Positions 11,581 through 20,027 of a stretch of DNA of 24,000 nt are shown piece by piece. The first letter of the stretch is position 1, and the number at the start of each line of letters is the position of its first letter. The notes beneath the pieces are model-generated. The model was not told the DNA's origin, did no database searches, and was given only the letters and a program-made list of their open reading frames with translations. This DNA is from an uncultured Solirubrobacterales bacterium (GTDB taxonomy: Bacteria; Actinomycetota; Thermoleophilia; Solirubrobacterales; 70-9), in assembly GCA_963709375.1 (NCBI GenBank), contig CAVPWA010000009.1, positions 35,980 through 59,979 on the forward strand, read 5' to 3'. The translations under genes and the position numbers were made by a program.

Positions 11581-13110
11581 GTGGGTGGCACGACCGCCTG
11601 GGTCCTGGGCGACCAACTCTCGAGGTCGAACCCGGCGCTCAAGGGAGCCGACCGGGTGCTCATGGTCGAATCGCTGGCCGTGGTGGGCAGGCGGGCCTAT
11701 CACCGTCAGAAGCTCCACCTCGTCTGGGCGGCGATGCGGCGCTTCCGCGACGAACTTACCCGGGACGGCTTCGAGGTCGACTACCGCAGCGCGCCTTCGA
11801 TGGCCGCGGGCTTTCGTGATCACCTGTCGGATCACGACCCCGATCGCATTCTTGTGCTGGACCCCGCCAGGCTCGGCGCCGGACCACGCCTGAACGCCCT
11901 TGACCAAAGGGTCTGCGTGCTGGAAGGCGGCCTGTTCCTGACTTCGCCCGAGGACTTCAGGCAGTGGGCCTCCGGCCGCCGCCAACTTCGAATGGAGGAC
12001 TTCTATCGCCGGCAGCGCCGCCGCTTCGACCTGCTGATGGACGGAGACCAGCCTGAAGGCGGCAAGTGGAACCTCGACTCCGAGAACCGCGGCCGCCCGC
12101 CGGCCGGGCTGAAGCCGCCGCGTCCTTACCGTCCCCGCGAGGACGAGGTCGATGCCGCGGTGCGCCGCGACCTCGATCGGCTGACCGGTGAAGATGCCCC
12201 GGGCAAAGCGATAGCCGTCTCCGGTGTTGATGGCCCGCGACTCTTCCCGGCCGGGCGTGACGAGGCGCGCAGGGCACTGAGCTCGTTCTGCGAGAAACGC
12301 CTGCCGGAGTTCGGCACCTACCAGGATGCGATGCTGGCGGGGCGGCGCTTCATGTGGCATGCGCTGCTGTCCAGCTCCCTCAACCTGGGGCTGCTCGATC
12401 CTCTTGAATGTGCCCGGGCGGCCGAAGCCGAGTATCGCGCCGGACGCGCGCCACTCAACTCGGTGGAGGGTTTCATCCGACAGGTAATCGGCTGGCGCGA
12501 GTACGTCTGGGGGATCTATCGCCTGCGGGGTAGCGAACTCGCGGGCGAGAACGCACTCGGGGCGGAGGGCCGCCTGCCGGCCGTCCTCGACCGACTCGAA
12601 CCCGGGCTGACTGACATGGCCTGCGTTGCCGACGTGGTCGACGGAGTCCGCGAGACGGCCTACGCCCACCACATCGAGCGCCTGATGCTGCTCGGCAACC
12701 TGATGCTGCTCGCCGGCACTTCTCCCTCCCGCTCCAACGAATGGTTCCACCGCTCCTTCATCGATGGCTACGAGTGGGTGATGCTGCCGAACGTTTCGGG
12801 CATGGCGCTCTGGGCCGACGGTGGCCGGATGATGTCGAAGCCGTACGCCGCTTCCGGTCGCTACATCGATCGAATGTCCGATCATTGCGCCGGCTGCCGC
12901 TACAGCCCGACCAGCCGCTCGGGTGAGCAGGCCTGCCCGTTCACGGTGCTCTACTGGGATTTCCTCGATCGCAACAGGCAGGCGCTGGCGGGCAATCACC
13001 GCATGGCAATGGTCCTGGCCAACCTTGACCGGATCGGGACGGAGGAGCTGTCAGGCATCCGGAAGAACGCCTCCGCCATCCGCGATGGACTGGAGGGCGG
13101 CAACACCTGA
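11581..13110 (+). CDS. Cryptochrome/photolyase family protein of the Fe-S cluster type (FeS-BCP; COG3046 'photolyase-related'; PhrB/CryB-like, probable (6-4) photolyase)
   Basis: 509-aa ORF. The GTG lies 4 nt after the HeR stop. The N-terminus AWVLGDQLS...LMVES...RRAYHRQKLHLVWAAMRRF is typical of COG3046. Four Cys are spaced C-x87-C-x2-C-x12-C (MACVADVV ... SDHCAGCRYSPTSRSGEQACPF), the same spacing as the [4Fe-4S] ligands C350/C438/C441/C454 of Agrobacterium PhrB. HHIERLM and GYEWVMLPNV motifs are present. Confidence 0.9.
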   Translation: MGGTTAWVLGDQLSRSNPALKGADRVLMVESLAVVGRRAYHRQKLHLVWAAMRRFRDELTRDGFEVDYRSAPSMAAGFRDHLSDHDPDRILVLDPARLGAGPRLNALDQRVCVLEGGLFLTSPEDFRQWASGRRQLRMEDFYRRQRRRFDLLMDGDQPEGGKWNLDSENRGRPPAGLKPPRPYRPREDEVDAAVRRDLDRLTGEDAPGKAIAVSGVDGPRLFPAGRDEARRALSSFCEKRLPEFGTYQDAMLAGRRFMWHALLSSSLNLGLLDPLECARAAEAEYRAGRAPLNSVEGFIRQVIGWREYVWGIYRLRGSELAGENALGAEGRLPAVLDRLEPGLTDMACVADVVDGVRETAYAHHIERLMLLGNLMLLAGTSPSRSNEWFHRSFIDGYEWVMLPNVSGMALWADGGRMMSKPYAASGRYIDRMSDHCAGCRYSPTSRSGEQACPFTVLYWDFLDRNRQALAGNHRMAMVLANLDRIGTEELSGIRKNASAIRDGLEGGNT

Positions 13111-13208
13111 GCGGCACCCGGCCGGGTGGGATGCACAACACGTCGGCCGTACACCCTTAGACTGCAGGCGTCGGCGCCGAAAGGCGCTTCCACCTTCGGA
13201 GAGGAGCC

Positions 13209-14576
13209 ATGTTCATGGGCAAGCAAGTCAAGTACCTGCTCGATGAGTCTCAGATCCCGGACCACTGGGTCAACATTGCCGCCGATCTTCCCGGCGAGCC
13301 ACTGCCGCCGCTGAACCCCGGCACCGGGCAGCCACTCGGTCCTGAGGATCTCGCGCCGCTCTTCCCGATGGGCCTGATCGAGCAGGAAGTCTCGATGGAG
13401 CCGGAGATCGATATTCCCGAGGAAGTCATCGACGCCTACCGCCTCTGGCGACCGACCCCGCTGATCCGCGCCCGGCGCCTGGAGAAGGCCCTCGACACGC
13501 CGGCTCACATCTACTTCAAGTACGAAGGCGTATCTCCGGCCGGCTCCCACAAGCCCAACAGCGCGATCCCTCAGGCCTACTACAACAGCCAGGAGGGCGT
13601 GAAGAAGCTTTCGACTGAGACCGGGGCCGGCCAGTGGGGCTCCTCACTGGCTCTGGCCTGCGAGATGTTCGGACTCGAGTGCGAGGTCTTCATGGTCGGA
13701 GTCAGCTACGACCAGAAGCCCTACCGCCGGGCGATGATGGAGACCTGGGGCGCGACTGTCCACCGCAGCCCGTCGCAACTCACCGAAGCCGGTCGCGCAC
13801 AGGCCGAGCACGTCACCGGCTCGCTCGGCATCGCGATCTCCGAGGCGGTCGAAGTCGCCGTCGCATCGGAAGACACCAAGTACGCACTCGGCTCGGTTCT
13901 GAACCACGTCTGCCTGCACCAGACCGTGATCGGCCAGGAGGCGATCGCCCAGCTCGAAATGGCCGGCGAGTTCCCGGACGTGGTGGTCGGCTGTGTCGGT
14001 GGCGGGTCCAACTTCGCGGGCATCGCTTTCCCGCTGCTCAGGAAGAAGCTGAAGGAGGGGCTCGACACCAGGTTCGTCGGGGTTGAGCCGGCTGCCTGCC
14101 CGACCATGACCAAAGGCACTTACGCCTACGATTTCGGGGACACGGTCGGCATGACGCCACTGATGCCCACCTATACGCTCGGCCACGACTTCGTGCCGCC
14201 ACCGGTTCACGCCGGCGGACTGCGCTATCACGGCGTGGCCCCGATCCTCGGCGCGCTGGTCAAGGAAGGACTGGTCGAGGCCCGCGCCATCCCTCAGACC
14301 GAGGCCTTCGAGGCGGCGATCACCTTCGCCCGGGCCGAGGGGATCATCCCGGCGCCTGAGCCGACCCACGCGATCCGCGCCGTGATCAACGAAGCCGAGC
14401 AGGCCAGACAGGAGGGCGATGAGCGGGTGATCCTGTTCAACCTCTGCGGACACGGACATCTCGATCTCGCCGCCTACCAGTCCTACCTTTCCGGAGAGCT
14501 GGTCGATCTCGAGTTCTCCGAGGAGGAGATGGACCGGGCCCTGGAGAGTCTGCCCGAAGCGCCGTCGATCGCCTGA
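13209..14576 (+). CDS. trpB2: TrpB2-type tryptophan synthase beta-like PLP enzyme
   Basis: 455-aa ORF. GGAGAGGAG lies upstream (13198-13206). The long TrpB2-specific N-terminus is present ([14 protein letters not shown]...PLNP), followed by [29 protein letters not shown] (PLP lysine), [13 protein letters not shown], and [11 protein letters not shown]. Confidence 0.9.
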   Translation: MFMGKQVKYLLDESQIPDHWVNIAADLPGEPLPPLNPGTGQPLGPEDLAPLFPMGLIEQEVSMEPEIDIPEEVIDAYRLWRPTPLIRARRLEKALDTPAHIYFKYEGVSPAGSHKPNSAIPQAYYNSQEGVKKLSTETGAGQWGSSLALACEMFGLECEVFMVGVSYDQKPYRRAMMETWGATVHRSPSQLTEAGRAQAEHVTGSLGIAISEAVEVAVASEDTKYALGSVLNHVCLHQTVIGQEAIAQLEMAGEFPDVVVGCVGGGSNFAGIAFPLLRKKLKEGLDTRFVGVEPAACPTMTKGTYAYDFGDTVGMTPLMPTYTLGHDFVPPPVHAGGLRYHGVAPILGALVKEGLVEARAIPQTEAFEAAITFARAEGIIPAPEPTHAIRAVINEAEQARQEGDERVILFNLCGHGHLDLAAYQSYLSGELVDLEFSEEEMDRALESLPEAPSIA

Positions 14577-14926
14577 TGGAATCCTCGTCCAACGCAGCGG
14601 GTGGAAGCGGCGCGATCGTTGTCGTCGCCCTGCTCAAGATGAAGCCGGGACTGTCAGACGAAGCGATCGAAGCCTTCCGGCCGGTGATCGAGAATACGCA
14701 CCGGGAACGGGGCTGCCTTTCTTACGCCCTCCACCGGGACCGAAGCGACCCGGACATGATCGTGCTGATCGAGAAATGGGCGTCACAGGAGGATCTCGAC
14801 AAGCACTTCATACAGCCCTACATGGCCGACATGGGCGAACTCGCCTCGAAGATGCTGGCGGAGCCTCCGCGCATCCTGTTCTGCGAGCCGATCGAGATAG
14901 GGGACCCGGCCAAAGGCAGCATCTGA
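14576..14926 (+). CDS. Antibiotic-biosynthesis-monooxygenase (ABM) domain protein / putative quinol monooxygenase (YgiN-like)
   Basis: 116-aa ORF. The ATG overlaps the trpB2 TGA by 1 nt (TGATG). ABM pattern: VVVALLKMKPG...FRPVIENTHRERGCLSYALHRD...IVLIEKWASQEDLDKHFIQPYM. Confidence 0.85.
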   Translation: MESSSNAAGGSGAIVVVALLKMKPGLSDEAIEAFRPVIENTHRERGCLSYALHRDRSDPDMIVLIEKWASQEDLDKHFIQPYMADMGELASKMLAEPPRILFCEPIEIGDPAKGSI

Positions 14927-14997
14927 CGCTTCGGGACAGTGCAGGTTTGCGGTGAAACCCGGTTGACCGGGCGCCGCAATCGGGTCACTCTCAAGGC

Positions 14998-16038
14998 ATG
15001 GACGCTTACCGACTGGTCGAATGGCAGAAACCCGCCGAACTGCTCCGGGTCGAAGTCCCTGAACCCGGCCCCGGGGAGGTGCTGGTCAAGGTTGGTGGTG
15101 CCGGGCTCTGCCACTCTGATCTCCACCTGATGGACTGGCCCGAGGGTGCCCTGCCGATCGAACCGCCCTTCACGCTCGGCCATGAGAACGCCGGCTGGGT
15201 CGAGAGTCTCGGCGACGGGGTAGCCGGTTTCGAGCCCGGAGAACCTGTCGCCGTCTACGGTCCCTGGGGCTGCGGCAGGTGTCGCGCCTGCAGGCTGTCC
15301 CGCGAGGACTACTGCGAGAACCAGGCTGAAATCGGCGCATTCGGCGGTGGCATCGGACGCGACGGCGGTCTGGCCCACTACATGCTGGTTCCATCCAGCA
15401 GGCTCCTGGTGCCGCTGGGCGATCTCGATCCGCGGGATGCAGCGCCGCTCTCCGATGCGGCGCTGACGCCCTACCACGCGATCAAGCGCTCGCTCGACAA
15501 GCTGGTTCCCGGCTCGACCGCCGTGGTGATCGGGGTCGGCGGACTGGGACAGATGGCGGTACAGATAATCGCGGCACTCAGCCCGGCCCGGATAGTGGCT
15601 GTCGATGCGGTGGAGCAGAAGCTCGCGGTGGCCGAGTCACTCGGAGCCGAATACGCCCTGTTGGCCGAGCAGACTTCGCCCGAAGAGATACGCGGCCTCA
15701 CCGGTGGGCGCGGTGCCGACCTGGTGCTGGATGTGGTCGGATCCGCGGATACTCTCGCTCTGGCCAGCCAGTTGCTGGCCTTCGAGGGTGACCTGACTCT
15801 GCTCGGGCTGGCCGGGGGCAGCATCGAGTACGGAGCGATGACCCTGCCCTGGGGTGCCCGTATCGCCACCACATACTGGGGCACGGAGGTCGGCCTGATG
15901 GAGGTCCTGGAGCTGGCTCGTGCCGGCAGGATCAAGGTCAGGACCGAGCGGGTCGGGCTCGACGGAGTGGCCGATGCCTACGACCGGCTCAGGCGGGGGC
16001 AGGTGGACGGCCGGGTCGTTGCCTGTCCCAACGGCTGA
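14998..16038 (+). CDS. Zn-dependent NAD(P) alcohol dehydrogenase (MDR superfamily)
   Basis: 346 aa. Catalytic Zn motif GLCHSDLH...GHENAG. Structural Zn Cys cluster GCGRCRACRLSREDYC. Rossmann motif VIGVGGLG. Confidence 0.9.
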   Translation: MDAYRLVEWQKPAELLRVEVPEPGPGEVLVKVGGAGLCHSDLHLMDWPEGALPIEPPFTLGHENAGWVESLGDGVAGFEPGEPVAVYGPWGCGRCRACRLSREDYCENQAEIGAFGGGIGRDGGLAHYMLVPSSRLLVPLGDLDPRDAAPLSDAALTPYHAIKRSLDKLVPGSTAVVIGVGGLGQMAVQIIAALSPARIVAVDAVEQKLAVAESLGAEYALLAEQTSPEEIRGLTGGRGADLVLDVVGSADTLALASQLLAFEGDLTLLGLAGGSIEYGAMTLPWGARIATTYWGTEVGLMEVLELARAGRIKVRTERVGLDGVADAYDRLRRGQVDGRVVACPNG

Positions 16039-16048
16039 GCGACCTGGA

Positions 16049-16930
16049 TCAGGCTTCGTTCGTCTCCGACTCTTCACCCCTGGGCACCACGAGCACCGGA
16101 CAGGCCACTTCGTGGAGCAACTCCGAGCTGACCGAGCCGAGCAGTACCCGCTTCAGCGGGCCGTAGCCCCTCGAACCGACGCAGAGCAGGTCGAGCCCCT
16201 GTGCCGCCTGCTCACGCAGCGCGACGGCGGCAACCCCTTCGGTCATGACCCTGGTCGCCTCGACGCCGTCGGGCAGCGAGTCGGCGGCCGCCGTGAGGGT
16301 CTTCTGCGCTGACTCGCGTGAAGCCTCACCGAGTTCCGAAAGCGCATAGGTCGAGCCCCAGAAGCCCCAGGCATCGGCAAAGTCGGTAGCGACGGTGATC
16401 AGCCGCATTTCTGCACCTGCCCCGGCGATCTCCAATGCGGCCTGAAGGGCCTGCCCGGACTCGGGTGAGCCGTCGGTCGCGACGCCGATCGTGGCCCAGT
16501 CGGCCCCGCCATCCCTGAAGCCGACCGGAGCCAGGGCGATCGCGCAGCGTGAGCCCTGCAGCAGAACCCTCGCTTTGTGACCGGCCCGGACCGTTCCGGG
16601 TTCGGTCCTGGCGCATCCGAGGACCAGCAGATCGCCTTCGAGAGTCTCGGTGAGTTCTTCCAGGCCTCGGGCCGCCGAGCTGCTCTCGACGATCTCGAAA
16701 CCGGCCTCGAATTCAGCGGCGGCCTTCTCGAGCCCGACCTTGGCCTGCTCGACCAGGTTCGTGAAGGCGTTGGCGGGCAGGGCGGGAATCAGGCTGCCGC
16801 CGACCGGCGGCGGGACCACTCCGACCAGCACCAGTTCCGCCTCGAGTCGATCGGCAAGTTGCCTCGCCAGCGCCAGCGCGTCTTTCGAGCCGTCGCTCTC
16901 GTCAAAACCGACCACGATGCGTTCGAACAC
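16049..16930 (-). CDS. Universal stress protein, tandem USP domains
   Basis: The ORF is open to 16996, but GTG 16930 is preceded by a strong AAGGAGGA (complement of 16936-16943, 5-nt spacing). It opens as VFERIVVGFDESDGSKDAL. A second USP repeat is present (IGVATDGSPESGQAL), with the C-terminal motif LLCVGSRGYGPLKRVLLGSVSSELLHEVACPVLVVP. Confidence 0.85.
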   Translation of the reverse strand: MFERIVVGFDESDGSKDALALARQLADRLEAELVLVGVVPPPVGGSLIPALPANAFTNLVEQAKVGLEKAAAEFEAGFEIVESSSAARGLEELTETLEGDLLVLGCARTEPGTVRAGHKARVLLQGSRCAIALAPVGFRDGGADWATIGVATDGSPESGQALQAALEIAGAGAEMRLITVATDFADAWGFWGSTYALSELGEASRESAQKTLTAAADSLPDGVEATRVMTEGVAAVALREQAAQGLDLLCVGSRGYGPLKRVLLGSVSSELLHEVACPVLVVPRGEESETNEA

Positions 16931-17131
16931 TTGCTTCCTCCTTGAATTTCGGGCTGCCGCCGCCCCCGGGGCGCTCGGCCTGGTGTCTGATTTCAAGCTA
17001 TCAACCGGGGAGAGCTTCCGGACCGTTCTCCTCAGGTCGACCTGACCGGCGACGGGCCTGATGTTGCGGGTGCCGATCCTTTCGAGCCGGGCCGACGGTT
17101 GCCGCCGGTTCGAGCAAGCTAAGGTCCGCCG

Positions 17132-17701
17132 ATGTCACTCGTCGAATCAAGGATGATGCCGCTCGGATCTGCCGCCCCGGAATTCAGCCTGCCTGATCCC
17201 GACGGGGTGAGTCACTCGCTGGGCGATGCGGCGCAGGCCGGAGCGGTTGTCGTCGCCTTCATCTGCAACCACTGCCCTTATGTGAAGCACATCGCCACCG
17301 CCCTGGCCCGGGTCTCGGATGAGCTGATCGCCGAAGGGGCGGCCGTATTCGCGATCAATTCGAACGACAGCGTCGCGTATCCGGACGACTCTCCCGAACG
17401 CATGGCCGAGGAAGTCGAAAGGCGGGGCTACCGCTTCCCCTACCTGGTCGACGCCGACCAGTCGGTGGCAAGGGCCTACGGGGCGGTGTGCACACCGGAC
17501 CTCTTCGTATTCGACGGTGAGCGCCGCCTCGCCTATCGCGGGCAGTTCGACCCGAGCCGGCCGAACGGAGGTTCCCCGGCCACCGGTGAGGATCTCGCCG
17601 CGGCGGTGAGGGCAGTGCTGACCGGAGCCTCCGTACCGGAACCACAGATCCCTTCGGTCGGGTGTTCGATCAAGTGGTCATCCGGCGACCCGGCACCCTG
17701 A
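17132..17701 (+). CDS. Thioredoxin-fold (AhpC/TSA / redoxin-like) thiol-disulfide oxidoreductase
   Basis: 189 aa. GSAAPEFSLPDPDGV...VVAFICNHCPYVKH (CxxC) ...CTPDLFVFD. Confidence 0.85.
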   Translation: MSLVESRMMPLGSAAPEFSLPDPDGVSHSLGDAAQAGAVVVAFICNHCPYVKHIATALARVSDELIAEGAAVFAINSNDSVAYPDDSPERMAEEVERRGYRFPYLVDADQSVARAYGAVCTPDLFVFDGERRLAYRGQFDPSRPNGGSPATGEDLAAAVRAVLTGASVPEPQIPSVGCSIKWSSGDPAP

Positions 17702-17797
17702 AGCCAGGACAGGCCGGTCCACACGGGGGATTGCCGCGATAGATCGTGAAGCCCGTTGCCGAGGTGCCGACAGGGCGGAACCGTCAACATTCAGTCA

Positions 17798-19558
17798 ATG
17801 CTCCTGCTGATCCTCTTCGGATTCGTCGCCGGTGCCGCGACGGCGGTATCGCCCTGCATCCTGCCGGTGCTGCCCGTAGCCCTGGCGGCCGGCGCGACCG
17901 GTGGCCACCGCAGGCCGATCGGAATCGTCGCCGGCCTGGCCGTCTCTTTCACCTTCGCGATCGTGGTGCTTGTCTACCTGCTGGATGCCCTCGGCCTGCC
18001 CGACGAGCTGATGCGAAACCTGGCGATCGCCGTGCTGCTCGGTTTCGGCCTGACGCTGCTGGTGCCGGCCGTTTCGAGCCGGGCCGAAGGCCTGATCAGC
18101 CGGATTACCAGCCGCTTCCAGCCGAAGACAGGCAGCGGCGACGGCTTCTGGTCCGGCACTCTGATCGGCGCCAGCCTCGGTCTCGTCTACGCGCCCTGTG
18201 CCGGTCCGATCCTGGCCGGAGTCATCACCGTCTCCGCCTCGCAGCCGTTCACCGCCGGGCGCCTGGCGGTGGCGCTGGCCTACGGGATCGGCTCCGCTTT
18301 GGTGCTTTACCTGCTGATGATCGGCGGACGCAGACTCATCAGGCCGCTCGGCCGCCAGACGCCGAGGCTGCAGGCGGCGATGGGCGCGGTGATGGTCGTC
18401 TTCGCGCTGGTCATGGCCGGGGACTACGACCTCAGGTTCCAGAACGAGATCGCCGACAACCTGCCTGCCGTGGTGGTCAACCCGACCAGGTCGCTCGAGT
18501 CGACCGCCGCGGCGCAAGACGCATTGGCCGAGGTCAGGGGTGGGCCGGCGAGCCCGGAGGCACGGCGGATCGCCGAAGGCCTCGATCGGGCAGACGAGGA
18601 TGGGCAGGGCCCGGACTCCGGCCTGCCCGTGATCGCTCCGGCTCCGGACTTCGTCGGCAACCAGCGATGGTTCAACACCCCCGGTGGTGCGCCCCTGACC
18701 ATGTCGTCGCTGAGGGGGCGCGTTGTGCTGGTCGATTTCTGGACCTACAGCTGCATCAACTGCATCCGCACCCAGCCTTACCTCAAGGCCTGGGACGAGC
18801 GCTACCGCGACCGCGGGCTTACCATCGTCGGGGTCCATTCGCCCGAGTTCCCGTTCGAGAAGGACGCGGGCAACGTCGAGCAAGCGATCGAGAGGGCCGG
18901 GATCGGGTACCCGGTGGCGCAGGACAACGATTTCCAGACCTGGAACGCCTATGCGAACCAGTACTGGCCGGCGGAGTACTTCATCGACGCCGAGGGCCGG
19001 GTCCGCTACGCCCATTTCGGCGAGGGTGAATACGAAGAGAAGGAGCAGGTGATCCGCGACCTGCTCGCCGAAGCCGGCCGCAGGCCGGGGGAAGGGACCT
19101 CAGACGCCGACGGCGACAGCATCTCGAACGGCGTCACGACGCCGGAGAGCTACCTCGGCTCGGCCCGGGCCGACCGCTTCACCAACGGCCTGATCCTTTC
19201 CGGGGTCCGGAACTTCGGTCGCCTGGAGGAGCCGGGACCGGACGAGCTCTCCTACGGTGGTCGTTGGAACATCGATCCGGATTTCGCTGTCGCCCAAGGC
19301 GGCAGGCTGAGCCTGCGTTTCGAGGCCAAGCGGGTCTTTCTCGTTCTCGGTTCACCTGGCGGGCCGCGTCGGGTGAAGGTCCTGCTCGACGGTTTGCCGA
19401 TCCGGCAGGGCGATGCCGGCCGGGACGTCTTGCGATCGAGTGTGACCGTCGATCGCGAACGCCTCTACGAGCTTGTCGACCTGCCGCAGGTCGGCAGCCA
19501 TACGCTCACCCTGATCCCCGAGGGAGGGGTCAGGGCCTACGCCTTCACCTTCGGCTGA
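17798..19558 (+). CDS. dipZ: DipZ-type cytochrome c biogenesis / thiol-reductant transfer protein: CcdA(DsbD) membrane domain, thioredoxin domain and C-terminal DipZ beta domain
   Basis: The track ORF starts at 17756, but the ATG at 17798 opens MLLLILFGFVAGAATAVSPCILPVLP (CcdA first Cys). The second TM Cys is in LVYAPCAGPILAG. Periplasmic Trx motif: VLVDFWTYSCINCIRTQPYL...VHSPEFPFE...YWPAEYFIDAEG. The C-terminal ~170 aa match the mycobacterial DipZ layout. Confidence 0.9.
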   Translation: MLLLILFGFVAGAATAVSPCILPVLPVALAAGATGGHRRPIGIVAGLAVSFTFAIVVLVYLLDALGLPDELMRNLAIAVLLGFGLTLLVPAVSSRAEGLISRITSRFQPKTGSGDGFWSGTLIGASLGLVYAPCAGPILAGVITVSASQPFTAGRLAVALAYGIGSALVLYLLMIGGRRLIRPLGRQTPRLQAAMGAVMVVFALVMAGDYDLRFQNEIADNLPAVVVNPTRSLESTAAAQDALAEVRGGPASPEARRIAEGLDRADEDGQGPDSGLPVIAPAPDFVGNQRWFNTPGGAPLTMSSLRGRVVLVDFWTYSCINCIRTQPYLKAWDERYRDRGLTIVGVHSPEFPFEKDAGNVEQAIERAGIGYPVAQDNDFQTWNAYANQYWPAEYFIDAEGRVRYAHFGEGEYEEKEQVIRDLLAEAGRRPGEGTSDADGDSISNGVTTPESYLGSARADRFTNGLILSGVRNFGRLEEPGPDELSYGGRWNIDPDFAVAQGGRLSLRFEAKRVFLVLGSPGGPRRVKVLLDGLPIRQGDAGRDVLRSSVTVDRERLYELVDLPQVGSHTLTLIPEGGVRAYAFTFG

Positions 19559-19568
19559 GCGGCCGGAG

Positions 19569-19871
19569 TCAGTCCCTGGACCAGGAGGAAGATTCGCTCG
19601 AGGTGGTCAGAACCTCGAGGATGTCGCCGATCGCGTGCTCGCGGTCGAGCGGGTGCCTCAACGGAATGTTCGGGTTGAGCTGGTAGCTGTTGCGGCGGCC
19701 TTCGCGGGTCCGGTCGAGATAGCCGGCTTCGACCAGGTCGGCGACGATGCGCTGAGCGGCACGCTCGGTGATACCCACGAAGTCGGCCACGTCACGCAGG
19801 CGGATATCAGGGTCCCTCGCGACGCAGAGCAGCACGTGGGCGTGGTTGGTCAGGAAGGTCCATTCGGTCAT
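19569..19871 (-). CDS. Small winged-helix (ArsR/MarR-like) HTH transcriptional regulator
   Basis: 100 aa. TNHAHVLLCVARDPDIRLRDVADFVGITERAAQRIVADLVEAGYLDRTREGRRNSY (HTH plus wing). It is divergent from dabB across a 156-nt gap. Confidence 0.8.
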   Translation of the reverse strand: MTEWTFLTNHAHVLLCVARDPDIRLRDVADFVGITERAAQRIVADLVEAGYLDRTREGRRNSYQLNPNIPLRHPLDREHAIGDILEVLTTSSESSSWSRD

Positions 19872-20027
19872 CGGGGCCCAGCATAGCGACAGGACCGGGG
19901 TTTCCGGTGGGAAAATACATGTCTCCAGTCATACGAATTAGAAATCGTCTATTATCTGTCGCATGAATCGTCCGAAGCAACTCGAGTCAATCGCGGGGAC
20001 AGCCCCGGTTGCCCGGGGAGGCCTGGT
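19872..20027. promoter_or_regulatory. Divergent promoter/operator region between the wHTH regulator and dabBA; contains the most AT-rich stretch of the window and G/C hairpins next to the dabB Shine-Dalgarno
   Basis: 19911-19980 reads gaaaatacatgtctccagtcatacgaattagaaatcgtctattatctgtcgcatgaatcgtccgaagcaa, which includes a TATTAT hexamer (19950-19955) and a direct repeat aatcgtc (19943-19949 and 19966-19972). Hairpins: cgggg-acag-ccccg (19994-20007) and ccccgg-ttgc-ccgggg (20003-20018). The second abuts GGAGG (20017-20021), which is 6 nt before TTG 20028. Confidence 0.5.

Noticed and set aside
11422-12999. 525-aa ORF on the minus strand spanning the whole photolyase gene
   Set aside because: It is an antisense shadow ORF typical of high-GC DNA. 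Its translation is Arg/Ala/Gly/Pro-rich with no recognisable motifs, whereas the + strand frame encodes a complete FeS-BCP with all four cluster cysteines.
17746-19029. 427-aa + strand ORF and 406-aa minus-strand ORF (17795-19015) overlapping dipZ
   Set aside because: These are off-frame and antisense products rich in Arg, Pro, Gly and Asp. The frame starting at ATG 17798 gives a textbook CcdA-Trx-DipZ protein.
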